Shown: piece after piece, positions 56,171 through 64,000 of the stretch | Position numbering within the stretch: the first letter of the stretch is position 1 | How the letters are laid out: every line of letters begins with the position of its first letter | From: the human T2T-CHM13v2.0 reference genome, Homo sapiens | DNA length: 64,000 bases | Direction: 5' to 3' (one strand) | NCBI RefSeq assembly: GCF_009914755.1 | Contig: NC_060936.1 | Notes under the pieces: generated by a model | The model's input: only the letters and a program-made list of their open reading frames with translations | The model's database searches: none | Told to the model about the DNA's origin: nothing | Position numbers and translations under genes: made by a program

Positions 56171-56959
56171 TTGTTTCACCTACAACCCACTTTTAATTGA
56201 AGTAATATCTACCTAATCACATTTTTACAGATTTAAAATCGATTACAGAATAAATCTATATATATAATTTTCAACATTCTGAGCCTCATCTTTATTTAAA
56301 TATTTCCTCTTTCTTGTATAATTTATATGAAGAATTAATCATATAAAACTCTATGCTTTGAGTAAATTCATGGTGGCCAACCTCGATTTTTCTAGACCAT
56401 TTGAAAAAGAAAAAGGTATAGCAAAAATGAGTCCTTTTCACTACCCCAACACATATAACTCATAAATCAATTAAAATAACAATAACACACTCCAATAGCA
56501 CCTTGCATTTACAATTCATTTTTACTTTCATTGACTTTTTTGATCACAATAGGCTTCATTTTCAATTGCACAGGACCTATTTCTCACGTACCAACGAAGC
56601 AATACAGAGAAACAACTCTTAACTTCTGCTCTCCTGCCTTAAATTGATGCATTCATTTAATAAATATTTATTGGGGACCTATTATGTGCCAAGCACTACT
56701 CTAAATAATTAGAAAATGTCAGTAAATAATTATCTCTGCTTTCATGAAAGGATTTTTAAACTTTTTCCCAAGAAGACTTGCAAGAATTTAATCTTTCATT
56801 ATTTATCACATAGTTGTTTAATATTTCTCTATTTGACACTACATATTAGTTATGATTATTATAATTGAGAACTTATACATCCACAATTCTTAACATTTAT
56901 AAGTAAATGTTGTTTTTGAGAGAACTAAAGTCATTCTTAAAGTATATGTTTGAGGGATA

Positions 56960-57275
56960 CGTGCAACAACATGGATGAACCTTGAAAATATTAGGCTAAA
57001 TGACATAAACCAGACACAAAAGGACAAGGTACTTAGGATATGCAAATTCACAGAGACAGAAAGTAGAATAGAGCTTATCAGGGGATGGGGGAAGAGGAAA
57101 TAAGAAATAGGAAATAATTGATAAATACAGAGGTTCTATTTTGCATGATGAAAATGTACTGGACACAGACAGTGGTGATGGTTATATAACATTGTATATA
57201 ATGCTACACAGAACTGTACACTTAAACGTGGTTAAAATGTAAGTTTTATGTTATTTATATTTTACAATTAAAAAA
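56960..57275 (+). mobile_element. L1MB/MC 3' fragment
   Basis: gcaacaacatggatgaaccttgaaaa, aattcacagagacagaaagtagaatag, actgtacacttaaa..tggttaaaatg. Confidence 0.85.
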
Positions 57276-59479
57276 GTGCATGATTAAGAGGGCGTTAGAA
57301 AAAATCACTGTTTTCCAAGACCACATTAGGCTTTATTTCTCTACAACAATTTCCTCCTATTTTATTCCCATGTGTTGGTATATGAACTAAAGAGAACAGG
57401 TGCAAAGGGGGGAAGAAATATTGTGATTTCAAAGTAAAAGAAGGTTGGAAATATTAGATTCTTTAAAAAATACTCAACATACACCCAGCTTTGGAAACAA
57501 ATATAAATAGAAGAGGAAAGAGTACCAGATCCTAAATCAACCAAATCCAGTAATGCCTTCCAAGTTAAAGAATGCTCTGAAACAAGAGCTATGAGATCAA
57601 CCCACCCTTCACTGACTTTGCAAAAACCACGGCATTTGCTAGTCACACCGTAAAAGGTAGTTCTCTCTTCATTTTCCCTTCCTACTCCAAAGCTAGCTTC
57701 TTTTTCATATTCAGATGACTGTTTATGAGCTCAATCCTGTTTCAACTGTCACTCTTTACATCAAGGAAAGATAGATGGGACACACCAACCCCAACCTAAA
57801 TGACCTTTGGATGTGACAAGAGTTTTAGGTCAGCCTTGCTAAATGGAGGCCTTGGTGTATCGAGACATGCCTTGGGGTGAAATTTACAGTGAATTTATTA
57901 TCTCCCAATGCCCTTTGGACTGCTTCCCACCATCAAACACCATGGCAGCACTTGGAACAGGAAGAAATACATTAACTGGAATCTGATCGTTTTAAAAGGT
58001 TACAGCTGCCCAAATATAATTTAATTTCATACTTGCCCTTTGAGGGTTTGGTGTATATTTTCATTTTATGACTGCAAATGATAAAGCTCTTAAGATTCCA
58101 GGCAATAAAAAGAGAAAAAAAAAAGTATTTTAAGGGCTAGAAGTCTATTCAGTTCATATTCCAATGAGTGAAGTGACAAATTAGCTTTTTTAAAAAAATC
58201 TAATATTTCTCTTTTTTATTTGGATCATCACTTATTCCTTTTCTGATCCTACACTTCAATGGTTGGTTGATATCAGTATGTGAACTCCAAACTCAGATCT
58301 CAGCGAATTTGAAAATAAAAAGGGTGATTTTTTTAAAATGAAGAAAAATCCATCAGATGTGAAGTGAAAATATTTTAGTACAAGAAACAAATATTTTTCC
58401 AGTAGCATTTTATCTCACATAATTGGGAAAATTTACCCATTAAAATATATCAACACTGCGTCAACTTACCATTGATCTGGTACATCACACTTCCATAAAC
58501 TTTAATAAAAGATTCACAAAATCCTACTTAAATACTATGCTATACCATCATTAATTTAATTGGTAAATATTATTACTATTATTTTATTGACAGAAAATCA
58601 GAGATATGGTATTGTTAATGCCACAGAATAAGTCAGAAAATCAGAAACGAAATTCAGATAAACTCATCTATAGTCTATTATTTTAGCCATTAAAAATAAA
58701 AAACAAACTTTTGCCACCTCTTTTTTAACTTGATACCTTTCCAGAAGACTTAAACATTCTTTAAAGATCAATCCAATAGAGTTTGAGGAAATGCATACTT
58801 TGGATTCAAGGGTAGTAATGAGAAAAACAACATGGTGAAACTTTTAAACCATACAGGTCAAATGTAACAAAGTTGTGTTTGTGTGTGTGCAGGAGACTGG
58901 CACACACATGCATATGCCATTCATCCATTCTTTTATTCAATCAGCAAAAACATTTTTTGAAAGGTACTGAGTTAGATCCTGTGAAGTTTATGCTTTTAAA
59001 AAATATTTCAATTATAAAAGAGTACTCCTAACATATGAACAGTAGAGACAGAAGCATAAAGCATTTAAGTATTATTATAAGACAAATGTATTAGATAATT
59101 ATAAACACTGATATATTTTTATTAGCAAATTTTAATTTGATCTTGATATGCTACTGTGTTAAGAGTGTTTTGCACATTGTTTAATCTGCATACCAATACC
59201 ATGGGGCAGGAAATATTACTATTCTTATTTCTAGATTATAAGATGTAGCCCAGCCCCAAGTAGCAAATCTAGTGGTTACTAAGACTCAAATGCTCTAGAT
59301 GGTACTTAGAAACAGTGTTATTCATTTACTTGCTCATTTATCCCTCTTTCATTCAAGAAATATAAAAGACCTACCTAAAGTGAGAAATATTACAAAGCAA
59401 ATATTATCTAGGAATCAATTCTCAGAAGTTTTATCAAAAATAATCTTATTCACACTTCTACAAAAAAAGGTATAAAATT

Positions 59480-60172
59480 GACCAATAAACATACAAAAAT
59501 ATACTCAACCACTAATAATTAATGAAATGAAAACCCAAATCACAATTAGATATCACCTCACATCCATTAGGATAACAATCATAAAAAAAGAAACATACAA
59601 TTACCACATGATCCAGCAATTCCACTTTTGGGTATATACCGAAAATGGACTGAAAGCAGGATCTAGAAGAGATATGTGTATATCCAATATTCATAACAGC
59701 ATTCGTCATAATAGCCCAAAGGTAGAAATAACTCAAACGTCCATAGATGGAGGAATCAATAAACAAAATGTGGTACATAGATACTATGGAATATTATTCA
59801 GTCTTAAAAAGGCATGGAATTCTAACACATGCTACAACATGGATAAACATTGAAGACATTATGTTAAATGAATAAAATCAGATATGGAAGGCCAAATACT
59901 GTATGATTAAGTAACAAGAGGTGCCTAGAACAGTTAAATTCATAGAGAGTGAAGGTAGAATGCTGACTACCAGAGATGAGAAGATGGGAGAATGAGGAGT
60001 TGTTGAAAAATGGGTATGTAGTTTCAGTTTGGGATGATGAAACGTTCTGGAGACGGGTAGTGGTGATGGTTGTACAACAGTGTAAATGTATGTAATGCCA
60101 CTGAACTGTGTACATAAAAATGGTTAATATGGTAAATTTTATGTTAAACATATTTTACCATGATAAAAAGAA
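59480..60172 (+). mobile_element. L1MB 3' fragment
   Basis: catgatccagcaattccacttttgggtatatacc, gccactgaactgtgtacataaaaatggttaa. Confidence 0.88.
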
Positions 60173-61405
60173 ACCTACAGAGGATTCACACAAATTAGTA
60201 AAGTTTTAGGGCACAATTAAAATTTTTAAGAATAAAATTAAAAGTAGAAATTTACCTCAGCAAAATAAGGTGAGGAGTAATATAGAGAGAAAACCAAGTG
60301 TTTACTTTCTAGAGCAAATGCTGGATTGAAAGACACTAAACAGAACTGAAAGCAGTTATAAAATGGAGGGAGCGAAAGAACACCTATTACAATGTAAGAC
60401 ACCTGGTTCCAGCCCACGCTCAAACTCCACTGTCTTATCAGCCAGGCTTAGACTTTCTGAGGAGGAGATTGGAGAATTGCTTTCTGAGGTTGTCAAGGAG
60501 ATCAAGAGAATTTTGGGGGTTGATGGAACTGTCCCATATCCTGATTACAGAGGTGGTGAAAATTCAGAATTGTACATCCAAAATATAGCCAATTTTACTG
60601 TATAATAATTTTAGAAATTACAAAACAAAAGATACAAATGCAACAAGATAAAAAGGATCTCACTCAACAACTTTGACTTTTAATTCTTAAACATTTTGGC
60701 CTTTCTTCCTAAGAAGGAGTTAGAAAGTGGGAATTTGCTACCATTTTAGATTATAAAGGTTTTCTAAAACACTAGCTAACTTAGATTGATCCCTATATAT
60801 GTATAATATACCATATGCGTATAAAGAATGAATAGCAAATGTTTTAAGTGTGCAGGAGAGCAGGTAGTCAGGGTTCACCATACACCATTTAAGATAATAA
60901 GAATATAACGTAATGATAGTAGACTCTTAAACAAACAAAGTGTAAAGCAATTCTTTCCATTTCAACTGATGCTAAGAAACCAATTGTGTAGTACTTTCTG
61001 AGTACAAAAATAATGAGCTGTGCTTCCACCTCTACGTTTTTCCTTGCCAAGAGAACTCACACTTCCTTCCCAATCTCTGAAACACAGTTTGAAAACATCT
61101 CATTCTAATGGGAGAGTGGGTGAAAGTGGGGGCTGTTACTGGTGTTACGGTCTAAATGGAATCCTCTCTCTTTAAAGTTATTTGGCTTTATTAATACAAA
61201 GAGATGAAATATGGATGAAAACATTTGAAGGCTTGTATCTTCTAATATATATGATGTTATCAATTATATTTAGACAAAACAATCCCAGATATCTTTTTCT
61301 TTGATATCCACCATCCTTGCCACTTGAAATCCCCAATTCCAGCTCTTGACTCATGTGCTCACATATGGATTACTAACAGAATTGTTCAGCCAACAGGCAA
61401 ATATT

Positions 61406-61705
61406 TGTTTTTGTTTTTTGTTGTTTGAGACTAAGTCTCGCTCCGTTGCCCAGGCTGGTGTGCGGTGGCGTGATCTTGGCTCACTGCAACCTCTGCGTCC
61501 TGGGTTCAAATGATTCTCCTGCCTCAGCCTCCTGAGTAGCTGGGATTACAGGCGCCTGCCACCACGCCGGCTAATTTTTGTATTTTTAATAGAGATGGGG
61601 TTTCACCATGTTGGTCAGGCTGGTCTTGAACTCCTGACCTCATGATCCGCCTGCCTCGGCCTCCCAAAGTGTTGGGATTACAGGCATGAGCCACCGCGCC
61701 CGGCC
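61406..61705 (-). mobile_element. AluS-type SINE (Sg-like)
   Basis: ctcctgacctcatgatccgcc; TSD ca(g/a)gcaaat(a/g)ttt. Confidence 0.93.
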
Positions 61706-61779
61706 TCAAGCAAATGTTTCTAAAGAAGACAGTCCCTCCATTGTTTCACAATTGTGGGAGAATAAAAACATAGCTAGAA

Positions 61780-61960
61780 CTTGAAGAAAAAAGAGAGGAG
61801 GAAAGTATTGAAGAAAATAGTTAAGGGGAAGAAAGAGGTAAAGAGGAATTAACAGAGGAAGGTAGTTAAAAATAGAGGAAAAAATGAAGAAAAAAGGAAA
61901 GAGAAAAAGAAAGAGACAGAGAAACGGAGAGAGATAGTCAAGAAATAGGAACAGAAAGGT
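61780..61960. repeat. GA-rich low-complexity tract
   Basis: Purine-rich runs directly visible. Confidence 0.75.
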
Positions 61961-62637
61961 AAATATTTGGAAATTCCTATTTTTAAATCTTTAGAAGCCC
62001 TAAGGACCAAAAAGTATATGGTGTCCATCTAGTTGGCTATGCAGTTCAAAATAAAACAGCATTCTGATTTCTGCTATGAAACTACTTTATGTCCAACTTG
62101 TCATTTACTTATTTATTTCTAGATGGTCCTTCTTTTTCATGTGTAATCATGTTCTTAATGTTCTTAGGTTGTCTCTTGGGTTATCTAGCCCTGGTCTGAC
62201 CTGCTCATCTTCCTTCTTATTCCATGGAGATGGAATGAGAATAATTAAAACTTTCCTGCTTAATTGGATCTTCAGTGCTGGCTTGACAATTTTCAAGGTT
62301 CCAAAGCATTTCTTTCGAATGCCTCAAATCAATGCTTGCCTCATTATTCTTCTCCCATTTTTTCCTTGATAGCACATGAATAAATGTGTCCATGAATCAG
62401 GAAAGTCCACTCACAAGGTGCAGAGTTTCCTTCTGGGGATTTCTGGGCTCTTGGCTGCTTTCATTAGTGCTTTTTTTTTTTTTTTTTTTATCTTATCCCT
62501 TTCTCCATGAGATATAGGTAGATAGCTATACTTATAGGTATTTAACAAATAAGAAAACTTGAGTGCTAAGTAGGTTAAAAGACATGAGACCAGATTCATA
62601 CATCACTTCTGAGGCAGGTTGAGACTAGAACCCTTAA

Positions 62638-62768
62638 TCCATTTATGCCAGAGGTTGCAGTTTTTTTGTGTGTGAAAAAGAAGACACTGGCAATGACCTT
62701 AAGCAGTAGGATATAAAGAACTCCCACAAGCTTAGCATTCCAATAACGGAACACCGGGCATAAATGCG
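62638..62768 (-). mobile_element. MER85 non-autonomous piggyBac element
   Basis: TTAA target duplications (62634-62637, 62769-62772); TIRs tccatttatgcc / ggcataaatgcg; internal text matches the recalled MER85 consensus. Confidence 0.92.
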
Positions 62769-63334
62769 TTAATTCACTGCTGTATTTGTAGAGCAATATG
62801 GGAGGTTAGAATGGATCATCATAGGTAGGCCAGCTATTTTGGTTGCCTTTATAATGCCCTAATTATTCATTCTTGCTGTAAAACTCTCTTTATTATGACA
62901 AATACTGCAAATTTCCAGTAACACAATGGCTTGCCCTTCCAAGAGGAATGTTTGTTCCTTTCACAAATAATTGTCAGTGCTATTAAAGCAAAGCTCTAGT
63001 AACTTTTACGGAATGGAAAGAAAGAGAGACATAGATTATTTGTATTTTTAGTAAGAATTGAAACATACATTTTTGTAATCTGACATTCAGAAGAAAAGAT
63101 TTTTATACTTAAGGGATATTTTGTTTTCATAAAGACGTTCTGCTTGCATTAAATATGAGGACTTGGCTTCCAAAGGTGTTCAACCGAAACTTGAATTAAG
63201 ATGAATTTCTCTATTTGCCTTAAACCTTTATACTGCAGAATATAATTTCTGCATCCAAGAAAGTTACTTGCTAACTTGAAATATGGATAGGCTCTTTGCC
63301 AGTTTTATACCCTTGAATCTAGGAGATAATGATG

Positions 63335-63550
63335 AATATAACAGCTAATGAGGCTGAATGCTTACACTACGCTGAGTATTTCGTGTGTGCCATGTCATTT
63401 AATCCTCACAACACCTTTATCATGTAGGAATAACAGTATCTCATTTCACAGGTGAAGACACTGAGACTATGAGATATTCAATATCTTGATCAAAGATACA
63501 TGCAAATAAGGCCTGTGTTATCCTAGAGCTCAAGCTCATAACCCATTATA
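63335..63550 (-). mobile_element. MIR
   Basis: tcatttaatcctcacaaca, catttcacaggtgaagacactgag. Confidence 0.8.
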
Positions 63551-64000
63551 TCAAACCTACCATTTAAATATTATTACTTGTAAGTTTTAACATTTGTAAA
63601 TGTTTAAATAAAATTTAGTGGAGCATGTTTTAAAGGAAAAAAAAAACACCTCAAGTCATGAAAGTTATCTAACTGGTTACTCACTCTCAGTATACTAGTA
63701 TACTACTAACTGGTTACCGTGCAAATATTCTATGTACAAAAACTTGATATTTTATGGTTTTATATTGTATTTAATGCTAGGCTTGTATCTTAGGTCACAC
63801 AAAAACATCAAAATTCAAAATTTCTCTGGAAGAAAACCAGCAGCAGCATAAATCAAACCAAAACAAGAATAAAAATAAAGAATGTGTAAGGGCGTTTACT
63901 TTTTTTATTGTTTGGTTTAACTTTTTTTGTTGTTGTTTGGTTAAGTGTCTTTGCTTATCTCCTTTCTGTTAATCAAATATTTTAGTTATACTATTCCTAA

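Noticed and set aside
59512-60151. ORFs resembling the L1 ORF2 C-terminus (also 49006-49318)
   Set aside because: Decayed L1 fragments with deletions and stops; not functional.

Overview
AT-rich primate (human-like) genomic DNA lying entirely inside the SOX5 gene, which is transcribed on the minus strand. Two internal L-SOX5 coding exons are present: 40189-40335 (147 nt, QLYAAQ...PPPKSK, missed by the ORF track) and 11429-11606 (178 nt, [10 protein letters not shown]...RVSTI). Between them is a small alternative first exon ending ATG-CAT|GTATGT (20339-20344), which splices in frame to give the MHDEVAQ... N-terminus I recall for the short testis/cilia isoform S-SOX5. Its candidate promoter has a MYB-site cluster, a TATA/CCAAT palindrome and a nearby ERV1 LTR. 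The rest is intron filled with Alu, L1, L2, MIR, MaLR/ERV LTRs, DNA transposons (MER5A, Tigger3, piggyBac MER85) and microsatellites. I see no wholly new gene system. The best leads are unusual splice signals around the intron between the two coding exons (U12-like donor, stop-containing upstream acceptor, NAGNAG), the S-SOX5 promoter architecture, and several mutational scars (94-bp templated copy, inverted Alu TSD, 53-bp L1 TSD). Repeat subfamily names and boundaries come from recognition by eye and are approximate; exon numbers are recalled.
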